From the NCBI GenBank assembly GCA_950097015.1, contig CATNEN010000027.1, positions 434,001 through 498,000 on the forward strand: 64,000 nt of DNA, read 5' to 3'. Below are positions 34,722 through 48,282 of this stretch, in pieces. Source of the stretch: Macrostomum hystrix. Taxonomy: Eukaryota; Animalia; Platyhelminthes. The translations under genes and the position numbers were made by a program. The notes below the pieces were generated by a model. That model did no database searches. It was not told the DNA's origin and saw only the letters and a list, made by a program, of their open reading frames with translations. Numbering within the stretch: the stretch's first letter is position 1; every line of letters begins with the position of its first letter.

Positions 34722-36529
34722 CTGCAAACTTGGGATCGAAACGCCACGGGGTCGTTCCCTCACTCCCTATGAAGCTATGGCTTCAGCCTATGATAATTTA
34801 AGAATGCAAATTGTCTAAATTTATGATTCGTCAGCTGAAAAAAGCATCAACCGCGCCGAAGCTGGGCTTGTTTTCTGGACTGGCAGATCTTCCATTTGGG
34901 AGATTGGGATAACTTTCTCATTGCTTTCTCATGATCTGTTTACGACCAGTTGGCGATAATGAACACTGAGATCGCTATAGCTTTTGCTTATTGGGAAATT
35001 TCCAAATCGTGCATGATCCCAGCTGGGAATCAATAAATCATCGCAATATAGGCCCGCAAAAGATTTCTAAAGGGATCAAACAAAGTTTAAAAAATATGTT
35101 TTTGTTAAAGTCTACTTGTATTAAAGTAATTTTGTGTTTCTTTGTACTTTCGTCTTCTTCTTACTCTTCTTAGAAACGAGACTACGGAACTAAGAAAAAT
35201 TGCTGGAATATTTAAACGATTTATAACTACTACATTTTCACGAAAAATAAATGGATTGATTTTGAAGTCTATAATTATTGGACAATCTATTAAAAAGTTC
35301 CATTGTTTTCTTTGAATCCATATTTTTTTTAAGTTTTAAGTCTAAAACAATTTTTGAGATGCGTTTTTGTACACTAGGAAATTTAAACAAAATAAATTTC
35401 TCAGAAACGTCTACAAAAGAATATATATATATATTAAAAGAACGACCGAATGTATAAATGACACTTATTTATAACTTTCTGTTTATGTTATCTTACAATT
35501 CCAATTTCGCTAAATGATTTTTTAAATCTTTCTTTTAAATCTTAAATATTTTAAATCTTAAATATTTTAATCTTTTTTAAATATTTTAAATTGCTTTCTA
35601 CATTTTATATTCATTTTTTTAATGTAAATTAATTTTTTATACGAGTATTAAACTTTTTTTGGTCGATCTGTTCACAAATTTAGCGCTTAATAAAGTACTT
35701 CGAAATTAGTTTTTTTAGAAACAGTCAAAATATTAGAATTCATGCAAATTTCTGACTAAACAGTCCAGGTATATTAATTTATACTTTTTATGGATTGTTA
35801 GTTAAATTATCACGATAGAATGATCGGCATAGCTCCTGTTGATTCTGAAGTACGTCTTTATCAGGTCGAATTAGGTTTTAGTTAATTTTCCTTATGGTTT
35901 GTTTGAATTAGCAGGCATTGCAATGCGGTTCAGCGATAATACCGTAGAAAACGAAGCCATTTTATTAGTACAATGCATAGCGATTAAAGAAAGACCCTAA
36001 AAGTCTGCTTCTTGAGACTAACTGGATCAGAGAGACAAGTGGCCGTGGGTTCCTTTCAATGATCCTAAAATGCTCAAAGTGTTCTCAAACGCGCGGAATC
36101 CCGTGACTGAGTAGTCCTACTAATCTGGCACAAATTAATCAATTTGATCCGCACCTGGCTTCAATCGGACGCACCGATTGTGTGGTGGGAGTTCGTGAGG
36201 TAACAGGTTGACATGTGTAGCTGGGAATAGGTGGCAAAATTGGAGAATTGAATGATTGTACACAAACCAGCACTGTACGAGCGTACTGCATGATTGTCGC
36301 ATATCGTTATTCTGTTCTTGAGCACATTATATAGAATCGAACGAATCGATAATGCTGCTCACACATTGGCGGATAATTCAGACATCTTCAGATCTCAAGG
36401 GATAATTGGTTGAAGAGCAGACAAACATAGGGATATTGACTGCTGGGATTGAGTAAGGATAAGTGGGAGAATGGGGAAATTGCGTTTAGTTGACGGTCAG
36501 TTTGAAAGGGAGAGGAGGATAGAAATGAG

Positions 36530-37820
36530 CAGTATCACAGTCTCACAGTCTCACAGTAAATAGTACACAGTCTCACAGTCTGACCGTATCACAGTCTCAC
36601 AGTACAGTCTCACAGTCTCACAGTATCACAGTACACAGTCTCACAGTACACAGTACAGTACACAGTCTCACAGTACACAGTCTCACAGTACACAGTACAC
36701 AGTCTCACAGTAAACAGTCTCACAGTACACAGTCTCACTGTCTCACAGTATCACAGTACACAGTCTCACTGTCTTGACAGTATCACAGTCTCACTGTCTC
36801 ACAGTATCACAGTACACAGTACACAGTCTCACAGTCTGACCGTATCACAGTCTCACAGTACACAGTACACTGTCTCACTGTCTCACAGTACACAGTCTCA
36901 CAGTACACAGTCTCACAGTACACAGTCTCACAGTACACAGTACACTGTCTCACTGTCTCACAGTACACAGTATCACAGTACACAGTACACTGTCTCAATG
37001 TCTCACAGTACACAGTACACAGTACACTGTCTCACTGTCTCACAGTACACAGTCTCACAGTACACAGTACACAGTCTCACAGTACACAGTACACAGTCTC
37101 ACAGTATCACAGTACACAGTACACAGTCTCACAGTACAGTCTCACAGTACACAGTACACAGTCTCACTGTCTCACAGTATCACAGTACACAGTCTCAAAG
37201 TGCACAGTCTCACAGTACACAGTACACAGTCTCACAGTATCACAGTACACAGTCTCACTGTCTCACAGTCTCACAGTATCACAGTCTCACAGTACACAGT
37301 CTCACAGTAAACAGTATACAGTACACAGTCTCACTGTCTCACAGTATCACAGTACACAGTCTCACAGTGCACAGTCTCACAGTACACAGTCTCACAGTAC
37401 ACAGTCTCACAGTGCACAGTCTCACAGTACACAGTACACAGTCTCACAGTATCACAGTACACAGTCTCACTGTCTCACAGTATCACAGTACACAGTCTCA
37501 CAGTACACAGTACACAGTCTCACTGTCTCACAGTATCACAGTACACAGTCTCACAGTGCACAGTCTCACAGTACACAGTACACAGTCTCACAGTATCACA
37601 GTACACAGTCTCACTGTCTCACAGTATCACAGTACACAGTCTCACAGTACACAGTACACAGTCTCACTGTCTCACAGTATCACAGTACACAGTCTCACAG
37701 TGCACAGTCTCACAGTACACAGTACACAGTCTCACAGTATCACAGTACACAGTCTCACTGTCTCACAGTCTCACAGTATCACAGTCTCACAGTACACAGT
37801 CTCACAGTACACAGTCTCAC
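36530..37820. repeat. Irregular micro/minisatellite of CACAGTA / CACAGTCT units
   Basis: Direct reading. Confidence 0.95.
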
Positions 37821-38099
37821 AGGCCCACTCTCTCAAATGTCTCTATAGGGCGACCCAACTCAAAGTACACACATAAAAATGCTAAAAACTTCTCTCTGAG
37901 GTATCTGATGGTAGCTCTCGTTGTTATACAATGGGTTTTACAGTTACTGATTCAAGCATTCAGTGCAAAGTACTAAAACTTTCGCTGGTGCTAAAAGCTA
38001 TACACGGCCACAACCTTATAAGCTGCCTCACTGAGAAACTGCCTGCTCACTGGACACCAAAAATTGTTCTCACTGATTCTCGCCTGCTCAAACACCAAA

Positions 38100-38825
38100 C
38101 CTCATCTTCACCCTCACACTTCATCCTTACTCTGATACTCTCACTCTCACCCTCACACTCTCATTCCCACACTCTCACACTCTCACTCTCACCCTCACAC
38201 TCTCACGCACTCTCACTCTCACCCTCACACTCGCATTCCCACACTCTCACACTCTCACTCACACACTCTCACACTCTCACTCTCACTCTCACACTCGCAT
38301 TCCCACACTCTCACACTCTCACTCTCACTCACACACTCTCATTCCCATCTCATTCCCACACTCTCATACTCTCACTCTCACTCACACACTCTCACACTCT
38401 CACTCTCACTCTCACACTCGCATTCCCACACTCTCACTCTCACTCACACACTCTCACGCTCTCACTCACACACTCTCACTCTCACTCTCACACTCGCATT
38501 CCCACACTCTCACACTCTCACTCTCACTCACACACTCTCATTCTCACTCACACACTCTCACTCTCACTCTCACACTCGCATTCCCACACTCTCACACTCT
38601 CACACTCACTCACACACTCTCACTCTCACTCACACACTCTCACTCTCACTCTCACACTCGCATTCCCACACTCTCACACTCACTCTCACCCTCACACTCG
38701 CATTCCCACACTCTCACTCTCACCCTCACACTCGCATTCCCACACTCTCACTCTCACTCACACACTCACACTCTCACACTCTCACTCTCACTCTCACCCT
38801 CACTCTCGCACTCGCATTCCCACAC
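38100..38825. repeat. Irregular (CACTCT)n / CACTCGCATTCC array
   Basis: Direct reading. Confidence 0.93.
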
Positions 38826-39709
38826 TGCCTGTACGGAGTGAATAATCCGCTCACATTTAATGGATCGTACACTCATAATCCTACATATGCAAGTCGATTT
38901 TCGCGCGTTCGCTCCCAAAATTCTCTAATCCCTTAAAGTCTCAATTACAGCATTAGTCCATCTAACACATCTAGCATCATCGTTAATAAGCCATTGAATT
39001 TGCTTGCCTCAGAATCAGTGAAAGCAACAGCTGCAAGTCAGAATCTACATTATTTGAGCGAAGAGATCATGATGGGATCTTTGAGAAACTGAGGCGTAGA
39101 CTGTTGGAGCTTTGCGGCCCCCGGGGGCATCTCAAATTACCTTTCCTGCCACCAACTGACGAGGGGGCGGCGTCAGAATGTGTGAAAGCAGACAAAATTG
39201 CTAAGCGCGAACGTAGGAGGCAGGAGAAAAACGGACTGGGACATTTTCCCGGGCTCCTTTGCTTGGCGGCGAGGTGAAGAGGGGCGGTAGGGAGTTGAGG
39301 GGATCAGTAAGAGAACGCGAAAATGGGATGCGAGAAAAGGAGGAGACTCTGAGAGAGTTCTGGGATGACAGGAGGCAGACACGGGGGTGGATGCCGGCAG
39401 GATGGGATAAGGAACTGAACAGAACTCCCTTTTGGGAAGCTATAAGCAGACAAGTAAAAAGAAAAACTGGTGGCGTGCCAGTTTTTCTCCTCTGGTTGGC
39501 TTTTTTATCCCTTACAAGTCGCACAAGCGTAATTACAGTTCAGTTCCGTCTGATTTCCGTCACATTCAGCGACTGCCCGCCGGGCTAGCATGATGAGCGA
39601 CTACACTGCATGGTGGCATCTAGAGACAAATTAGCCCTACCACTAGCCCGCGAACTACGGATAACTAGCTGAGGAGCTTTATCCTCTGTCTTCTGATTAC
39701 AGTCATCGG

Positions 39710-41600
39710 AGTCTTGTCTAATCTCTCTCCCATCTCCCAGTCTAATCTCTCTCCCAACTCCCAGTCTAATCTCACTTCCATCTCCTTGTCTAATCTCTCT
39801 CCCATCTCCCTGTCTAATCTCTCTACCATCTTCCAGTCTAATCTCTCTCCCAACTCCCAGTCTAATCTCACTTCCATCTCCTTGTCTAATCTCTCTCCCA
39901 TGTCCTTGTCTAATCTCTCTCCCATCTCCTTGTCTAATCTCACTTCCATCTCCTTGTCTAATCTCTCTCCCATGTCCTTGTCTAATCTCTCTCCCATCTC
40001 CTTGTCTAATCTCACTTCCATCTCCTTGTCTAATCTCTCTCCCATGTCCTTGTCTAATCTATCTCCCATCTCCCTGTCTAATCTCTCTCTCCCTGACTAA
40101 TCTCTCTCCCATGTCCTTGTCTAATCTCTCTCCCATCTCCCAGTCTAATCTCTCTCCCATCTCCCTGTCTAATGTCTCTCCTATGTCCTTGTCTATTCTC
40201 TCTCCCATCTCCCAGTCTAATCTCTCTTCCATCTCCCTGTCTAATCTCTCTCCCATGTCCTTGTCTAATCTCTCTCCCATCTCCCAGTCTAATCTCTCTC
40301 CCATCTCCCTGTCTAATGTCTCTCCTATGTCCTTGTCTATTCTCTCTCCCATCTCCCAGTCTAATCTCTCTTCCATCTCCCTGTCTAATCTCTCTCCCAT
40401 GTCCTTGTCTAATCTCTCTCCCATCTCCCAGTCTAATCTCTCTCCCATCTCCCTGTCTAATGTCTCTCCTATGTCCTTGTCTATTCTCTCTCCCATCTCC
40501 CAGTCTAATCTCTCTTCCATCTCCCTGTCTAATCTCTCTCCCATCTCCTTGTCTAATCTCACTTCCATCTCCTTGTCTAATCTCTCTCCCATGTCCTTGT
40601 CCAATCTCTCTCCCATCTCCATGTCTAATCTCTCTCTCCCTGACTAATCTCTCTCCCATGTCCTTGTCTAATCTCTCTCCCATCTCCCAGTCTAATCTCT
40701 CTCCCACCTCCCTGTATAATCTCTCTCCCATCTCCCAGTCTAATCTCTCTCCCACCTCCCAGTCTAATCTCTCTTCCATCTCCCTGTCTAATCTCTCTCC
40801 CATGTCCTTGTCTAATCTCTCTCCCATCTCCCAGTCTAATCTCTCTCCCATCTCCCTGTCTAATGTCTCTCCTATGTCCTTGTCTATTCTCTCTCCCATC
40901 TCCCAGTCTAATCTCTCTTCCATCTCCCTGTCTAATCTCTCTCCCATCTCCTTGTCTAATCTCACTTCCATCTCCTTGTCTAATCTCTCTCCCATCTCCC
41001 TGTCTAATGTCTCTCCTATGTCCTTGTCTATTCTCTCTCCCATCTCCCAGTCTAATCTCTCTTCCATCTCCCTGTCTAATCTCTCTCCCATCTCCTTGTC
41101 TAATCTCACTTCCATCTCCTTGTCTAATCTCTCTCCCATGTCCTTGTCCAATCTCTCTCCCATCTCCATGTCTAATCTCTCTCTCCCTGACTAATCTCTC
41201 TCCCATGTCCTTGTCTAATCTCTCTCCCATCTCCCAGTCTAATCTCTCTCCCATCTCCCTGTCTAATCTCTCTCCAACTCCCAGTCTAATCTCACTTCCA
41301 TCTCCTTGTCTAATCTCTCTCCCATGTCCTTGTCTAATCTCTCTCCCATCTCCCAGTCTAATCTCTCTCCCATCTCCCTGTCTAATGTCTCTCCTATGTC
41401 CTTGTCTATTCTCTCTCCCATCTCCCAGTCTAATCTCTCTCTCCTATGTCCCTGTCTAATCTCTCTCCCATCTCCCTGTCTAATCTCTCTCCCATGTCCT
41501 TGTCTAATCTCTCTCCCATCTCCCAGTCTAATCTCTCTCCCACCTCCCTGTATAATCTCTCTCCCATCTCCCAGTCTAATCTCTCTCCCATCTCCCTCCC
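39710..41600. repeat. 24-bp minisatellite GTCTAATCTCTCTCCCATCTCCCT with 547-bp higher-order spacing
   Basis: Tandem units; rare CCCTGACT variant at 40091, 40638, 41185. Confidence 0.97.
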
Positions 41601-42224
41601 AGTTAGTTCTCTTACATAGAATGCCACTATTAGTCCCTCTAAATTTCTTAATTTCAGCAGCATAGATGGAAGACTCGGCTGTTATTTAAGTTATTTAAGT
41701 TAAGATAACTCTGAAATGCTGAGCCTGCTTTAGTAGTCTATTCAGTGCCCACTGCATTCAGGGTTGCTATTGTAAACGAAATCAAAATATTTGAAAAGAA
41801 TTTTCATAATAAAAGATCAAGCTACAATATGCCCAAGTCTCCTAGGAAAAAATATTAATATTGATTTTTGTTATCTCTGATGCGGCATCGCCACATCGTG
41901 TGCGTGATGTTTCAGTGCTTCTGGAAGCAGAAACTAAAAATATGCTCAATGTGAGCTCAAATATATGTGGGATACATGCGTGAGGCTCTGCGAGACGAAT
42001 GCTTGAGCATAGGATCGGAAACCATTGGGCGTTTATTTAATCAGGTTAATCAAGTGGGATGGGCAGGCAAGATAGGGAGATAAGAATTAGGGAAAGAGAG
42101 AGGTGGAGAGTGAGGATAAAACCGGCGACTGGGCGTCCACCAGTTTCGAAGCAATGGGCTTCATTTAGGCAGCATCACGTTTTGTTAGAGTAGGCATGAA
42201 TTAGTTTATAACAAGTTGAGAATG

Positions 42225-43390
42225 GACTGAAAATAGATTGAGAATGGATTGAGAATGGATTGAGAATGGATTGAGAATGGATTGAGAATAGATTGAGAAT
42301 AGATTGAGAATGGATTGAGAATGGATTGAGAATAGATTGAGAATGGATTGAGAATGGATTGAGAATGAAGTGCGAATGGACTGAGAGTGGATTGAGAATG
42401 GACTGAGAATGGATTGAGAATGGATTGAGAATGGATTGAGAATGGACTGAGAATGGATTGAGAATGAATTGCGAATGGACTGAGAGTGGATTGAGAATGG
42501 ACTGAGAATGGATTGAGAATGAATTGCGAATGGATTGAGAATGGATTGAGAATGGATTGAGAATGGATTGAGAATGGATTGAGAATGGATTGAGAATGGA
42601 TTGAGAATGGATTGAGAATGGACTGAGAATGGATTGAGAATGGATTGAGAATGGATTGAGAATGGATTGAGAATGGATTGAGAATGGATTGAGAATGGAC
42701 TGAGAGTGGATTGAGAATGGATTGAGAATGGACTGAGAATGGATTGAGAATGAATTGAGAATGAAGTGAGAATGGATTGAGAATGAAGTGCGAATGGACT
42801 GAGAGTGGATTGAGAATGGACTGAGAATGGATTGAGAATGGATTGAGAATGGATTGAGAATGGATTGAGAATGGATTGAGAATGGACTGAGAATGGATTG
42901 AGAATGAATTGAGAATGAAGTGAGAATGGATTGAGAATGAAGTGCGAATGGACTGAGAGTGGATTGAGAATGGACTGAGAATGGATTGAGAATGGATTGA
43001 GAATGGACTGAGAATGGATTGAGAATGAATTGCGAATGGATTGAAAATGGATTGAGAGTGGATTGAGAATGGATTGAGAGTGGATTGAGAATGGATTGAG
43101 AATGGATTGAGAATGGATTGAGAATGGACTGAGAGTGGATTGAGAATGGACTGAGAGTGGATTGAGAATGGACTGAGAGTGGACTGAGAATGGATTGAGA
43201 ATGGATTGAGAATGGATTGAGAATGGACTGAGAATGGATTGAGAATGGACTGAGAGTGGATTGAGAATGGATTGAGAATGGATTGAGAATGGATTGAGAA
43301 TGGACTGAGAATGGATTGAGAATGAATTGAGAATGAAGTGAGAATGGATTAAGAATGGATTGAGAGTGGATTGAGAATAGATTGACCATG
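42225..43390. repeat. 11-bp minisatellite GAGAATGGATT
   Basis: Tandem units. Confidence 0.98.
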
Positions 43391-43574
43391 GACTGAGAAT
43401 TCCCAATGTGTGGGAACAGCAGCTGGGAATGAGACTAAAATGTACTCATGATTGCTGTTTTCCCGACCCCCCTAGTATAATATTTATAGTGCATACATCC
43501 ATCCATGCTCATACTTTCTCACCTGTGCTCATCATTTATCATCTGAGCTCATCCTTTCTTATCTGTGCTCGTTC

Positions 43575-44235
43575 TATCTCATCTGAGCTCATCCTATCTC
43601 ATCTGAGCTCATCCTATCTCATCTGAGCTCACCCTATCTCATCTGAGCTCACCCTATCTCATCTGAGCTCACCCTATCTCATCTGAGCTCACCCTATCTC
43701 ATCTTAGCTCATCCTATCTCATCTGAGCTCATCCTATCTCATCTGAGCTCACCCTATCTCATCTGAGCTCATCCTATCTCATCTGAGCTCACCCTATCTC
43801 ATCTGAGCTCATCCTATCTCATCTGAGCTCATCCTATCTCATCTGAGCTCACCCTATCTCATCTGAGCTCACCCTATCTCATCTGAGCTCACCCTATCTC
43901 ATCTGAGCTCATCCTATCTCATCTGAGCTCATCCTATCTCATCTGAGCTCATCCTATCTCATCTGAGCTCACCCTATCTCATCTGAGCTCATCCTATCTC
44001 ATCTGAGCTCACCCTATCTCATCTGAGCTCACCCTATCTCATCTGAGCTCATCCTATCTCATCTGAGCTCACCCTATCTCATCTGAGCTCATCCTATCTC
44101 ATCTGAGCTCACCCTATCTCATCTGAGCTCATCCTATCTCATCTGAGCTCATCCTATCTCATCTGAGCTCACCCTATCTCATCTGAGCTCACCCTATCTC
44201 ATCTGAGCTCATCCTATCTCATCTGTGCTCATCCT
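43575..44235. repeat. 20-bp minisatellite ATCTGAGCTCA(T/C)CCTATCTC
   Basis: Units in perfect 20-nt register. Confidence 0.98.
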
Positions 44236-44704
44236 TTGTCATGCATGCTTATCTGTACTAATTTTGAGCAAGTAGATCAAAATGTGCTCATGTATTCGCA
44301 CCTGTACTAATTCAAGCCGGGCACTAACTCGCTAACAAATCATTATTTCAAGTTCTTAACAAGTTTTTTTCATTTTAAGTGGCACAGGGTCGCGACTGAT
44401 CCTCGTCACGGTCTGAGCCTTCTCAAATAATAATCGAAATCTCCCCCCACCCCTGCTCATCTGTTCTCGCCCAGCAGTAAGCATCTCAGCGGTATCTCGC
44501 GCTAGAAAGGCTAGAAAAGCAGAAATCAATGCAAAAGCTGTTAAGCGTGGGAATCGTGTCCACTGTTGGATGGAAAAGAAAAGAAAAAATGGGGGCCTTC
44601 TCAAAATTGGATTTCGTCTATCCTTCGTGCCGCGTGTTGCTGCCACTTACAGATTGACGCTCAGAGAGAGAAGCCGATGACAGCTGTCGAGGCCTCACAA
44701 ACTG

Positions 44705-44736
<32 letters not shown>

Positions 44737-45029
44737 TGTTCGACAACCGTTTGGATTCCGATTCCGGTCATAAAATATTTATTCTGGGGCAGAGAAAACA
44801 CCTTGCTTTAGCGTGCGAGTCTGAGTCTGCACGAAGAATATCGACACAGGACACGGATTATATCGAATAGACCGGGGGTTGGCCAGCTAATTATGGACCC
44901 CTGGTCCAGACGATACACGGGTCTATAAGAGCGACGGAGAGAACTTTAAAAACGCATTGAATTTAGGAATATGAGAAAGGGGGATAAAACAGGGGCCAGA
45001 TGAGACATGGGATAGATTATACAAACGAG

Positions 45030-45240
45030 AGATTAGACACAGGAGAGATGAGACACGGGAGAGATGAGACAGGGAAGAGATGAGACAGGGAAGAGATGAG
45101 ACACGGGAGAGATGAGACACGGGAGAGATGAGACACGAGAGAGATGAGACACGGGAGAGATGAGACACGGGAGAGATGAGACACGGGAGAGATGAGACAC
45201 GAGAGAGATGAGACAGGGAAGAGATGTGACAGGAAGAGAT
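45030..45240. repeat. 17-bp minisatellite GAGAGATGAGACACGGG
   Basis: Reverse complement of the 17430-17985 family. Confidence 0.93.
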
Positions 45241-45487
45241 CAGACCGAGGAGAGATAAAACAGGATACTTTAGTTGTTGGAAGGGGCCTGATTTGGGAGG
45301 TCCGAGGTCCGCATCTGGCCCGCGTCTGTATAGACACACCTGGCCTCTGTATGTACAATGCTTAACAATCAAGATGACAAACTTTCATGTATCAGGCAGT
45401 GTACACTCTCTCTGTACCACTGTTGGGGGACGGGGGGGTTGGCGCTCAGCGGCGTAGTTAAATTGCACAAAAAGCCCCCAAGCATTC

Positions 45488-45545
45488 TCTCCAAAATGAA
45501 TGTGGCCTCGCCGCGGAATCGAGCTCAGGGACCTTGGTGCCGGAA
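45488..45545 (-). mobile_element. SINE family B head fragment (copy 3)
   Basis: AATGTGGCCTCGCCGCGGAATCGAGCTCAGGGACCTTGGTGC matches 8288-8330 and 15299-15340. Confidence 0.7.
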
Positions 45546-45567
45546 AACCGGAAATAAAAAAACTCAC

Positions 45568-45717
45568 CCGAGTCCTTCGCCGCAGGTGCACACACACCGC
45601 CAGGATGCAGTTGAGTAGTAGGGAAGCTGAGCAGCTCGCGGTAACTAGGGGCCCAGCCCACACCAAGGCGCCAGCAAACTGCTGCTGCAGCTGCTGAGAT
45701 CTGTTGGAGCAGCCCAT
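45568..45717 (-). CDS. Putative first exon of an unidentified membrane/secreted protein (possibly the 5' end of the GPCR gene)
   Basis: MGCSNRSQQLQQQFAGALVWAGPLVTASCSASLLLNCILAVCVHLRRRTR ending at a strong CGG|GTGAGT donor; GC-rich; AG acceptors just upstream of the ATG. Confidence 0.4.
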
Positions 45718-46899
45718 ACCGGATTTCTATTGCAAATGCAATTTTTCTCTTCTAGAAGAAGCAGAATTGGTATGCGATGGAAGCATTAATGAAGAGCCTG
45801 AGCAGAAATTGAGGGAGAGGCAGACCGAGACACTGGGTGAGAGAGGGCCAGGCCGGCTGTCCAATCACAGCGCAGCAAGGGTTCAGTTCCAATAGTTCAG
45901 CTGCGGGACCAGTGGACTATAGAGGCGAGGTTTAAGGTAGGGGAGTGAGTAACAACTCACTTGCTGCATGCCAGCCAGAACTTTTGGTCTCCTTCCTTCC
46001 TTGCCTTTGTCTCTGGACTGAAGTCTTTTTTACGGTTGAATTTCAATTTTCAAAGGCTAATTTAGAAAAGTACTTTTTCTCTAACTTCCAGAGCGACACC
46101 CTCAGAAGCCAACCCCACATTGACAGTCTAAGTCTTCGATTGCATTACTCGTAGATGATTTGTACACATTCTTTAAAGATAGGAACAGAATTCTGCTTTT
46201 AGCAGAACAATAGTAGCTCGTACACGATCTCTGTCCGTTGGTTACAGTAAGAAATTGGATTTCTTATGGATCTTATGCTCCGTTGCAATGGTCTCCACCC
46301 ACCAGAGATGTGAACCAGAAAGTCTGAAAGTGCAGGACAAACACACGTCCTGTCTCTGTGTGGGATTGGGACGCATTGCCCGGGGTTGATACCTGGGCAA
46401 ACACGGCATGCAGCCAAGCCAAGCAGTCCCAGCCATTCCTTCTCTATCCGGATATTTTGTTACCTGGGGCCGCCAATAGCCCCAACTGAACACTGGCCCC
46501 TCAGAGAATCAGAAATTCGCTTTGTGTCCTGTAATCCATCACATTTCGGCCTATGATGAGCACGCTGGCGATAGTTGAATCGACTGATTAGGGCGATAGT
46601 GTCGTGTCGGCGATGCGTGTGTTTACAAGCGAAATACACGGCTAGAAGAAAATATACTAGCATTTCCTGCCCAATCCGCCGCATCTTTGAAGAGGGAACT
46701 GCGAGAAGCTGAAGAGATTAGTGCAAATTAGCTTTTCACTAGTCAGCTCTTTTCTGAGACTAATTAATCTTGGTTAATATTGACACTTTGATTATAAAAA
46801 TGCTGGGTCAGAAAAAAGCATAGCAGAAAGGAATGAGACTATAGAGAGTTGAGTTAGCGATGGGTTAGAAAGTTCAGCGGTGACTCAGGAAAGTCAAAA

Positions 46900-47385
46900 A
46901 TGGGTCAGGAGGGGTCAGAGATAGGTCAGGAGGGTCAGAGATGGGTCAGGAGGGTCAGATATGTGTCAGGAGGGTCGGAGATGGGTCAGGACGGTCAGAG
47001 ATGGGTCAGGAGGGTCAGAGATGGGTCAGAAGGGTCGGAGATGGGTAAGGAGGGTAGAGATGTGTCAGGAGGGTCGGAGATGGGTGAGGACGGTCAGAGA
47101 TGGGTCAGGAGGGTCGGAGATGGGTCAGAGATGAGTCAGGAGGGTCAGAGATGGGTCAGATGGGTAAAAGACGGGTCGGGAGGGTGGGGTCAGTGAAAGT
47201 TGAGCCAGATGAAGAATCGCATTCTGACAGTAAGCAGACCTACTGGAGCAAGAACACGCATAACAGTGTCGAGCAGCTCATTGGGGCAGGACAATAAATC
47301 ACGTGCCCTCTACCACTGACAAGCCGAATTCCGCACTATGATTGGCCAGGCCAACTGTGGGAGTAGAAGGTGATCAACATACTAT
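46900..47385 (+). repeat. Dispersed repeat, left copy (GGGTCAG array + about 190-bp unique part)
   Basis: Unique part closely matches the reverse complement of about 50597-50780. Confidence 0.9.
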
Positions 47386-48282
47386 TTAGAGCAACTATTG
47401 CGGCCATCAATTATGCATTCTCAGGCTGGGGTGGGGGGGGAGAGTAGAAGACAGTAGCGGACCGCAGCCAACAGAACTGCCCCTTAGTAAATGTTGGGCC
47501 GAGATAGAAAAGATCTTGGCGGCTCGTAATAGCGGGAGACGGGAGGGAGATCAGGGCACCGTAATTTCCTCAATATATTTTCTTCTTCAAAGCCATCAAG
47601 GCATGAGGGAAGGGAAAGGAGAGACGGAGAGAGATTGAAAAGCTTGGTAGATGATCGCCCCTGAGCTCGTACTGTCTGTCCGTCATGCGGCAGCCGGAAA
47701 TTGAGCACAGCGGAGCAGAATGAAGGAATTTATTTACTTTCTTGGCAGATTTTTTGAATTAGAAATTATACTGGCATAGAATTTAGGAAAACAAAGAATA
47801 GGTAGGGCCGCAAAATATGACCGGTCACTGCGAACTGACCTGGACGCAGGGGACATTGAGAAGACGAAGCTAGATTAAAACAAGATGAGGAGAGAAATGA
47901 ATGTAAAAAAGAAGCAAGCAACAAATGTCAGAACAGGTAAGGCAAAATTTTAATTTCGAAATTAACTTTTGATGCAATCTGGTCCACGCTAGGGATTGCG
48001 CGAGCTTTACTTGAGAAAAAGATTTATTTTTCTGAAATGACAAGCAACGCTTGTCAAACAGTGACACTGACAATGAAGCTGTATTTGTCAATTTCGGTTA
48101 ATATTGTTGTGGGATGACAGATCAATGAGTAAGAATTGTATGTACAAAATCAATAATTTTAGCCGACCATTTCTATAATAGTTGAATTCTTGCTTTCACT
48201 GGATAGATATTGAACTCGGATACTACTTTCAGTAGAGTAAATTTGATGAGCGAATGGGAAAAACCGTCGAGTCGAATCTGAT

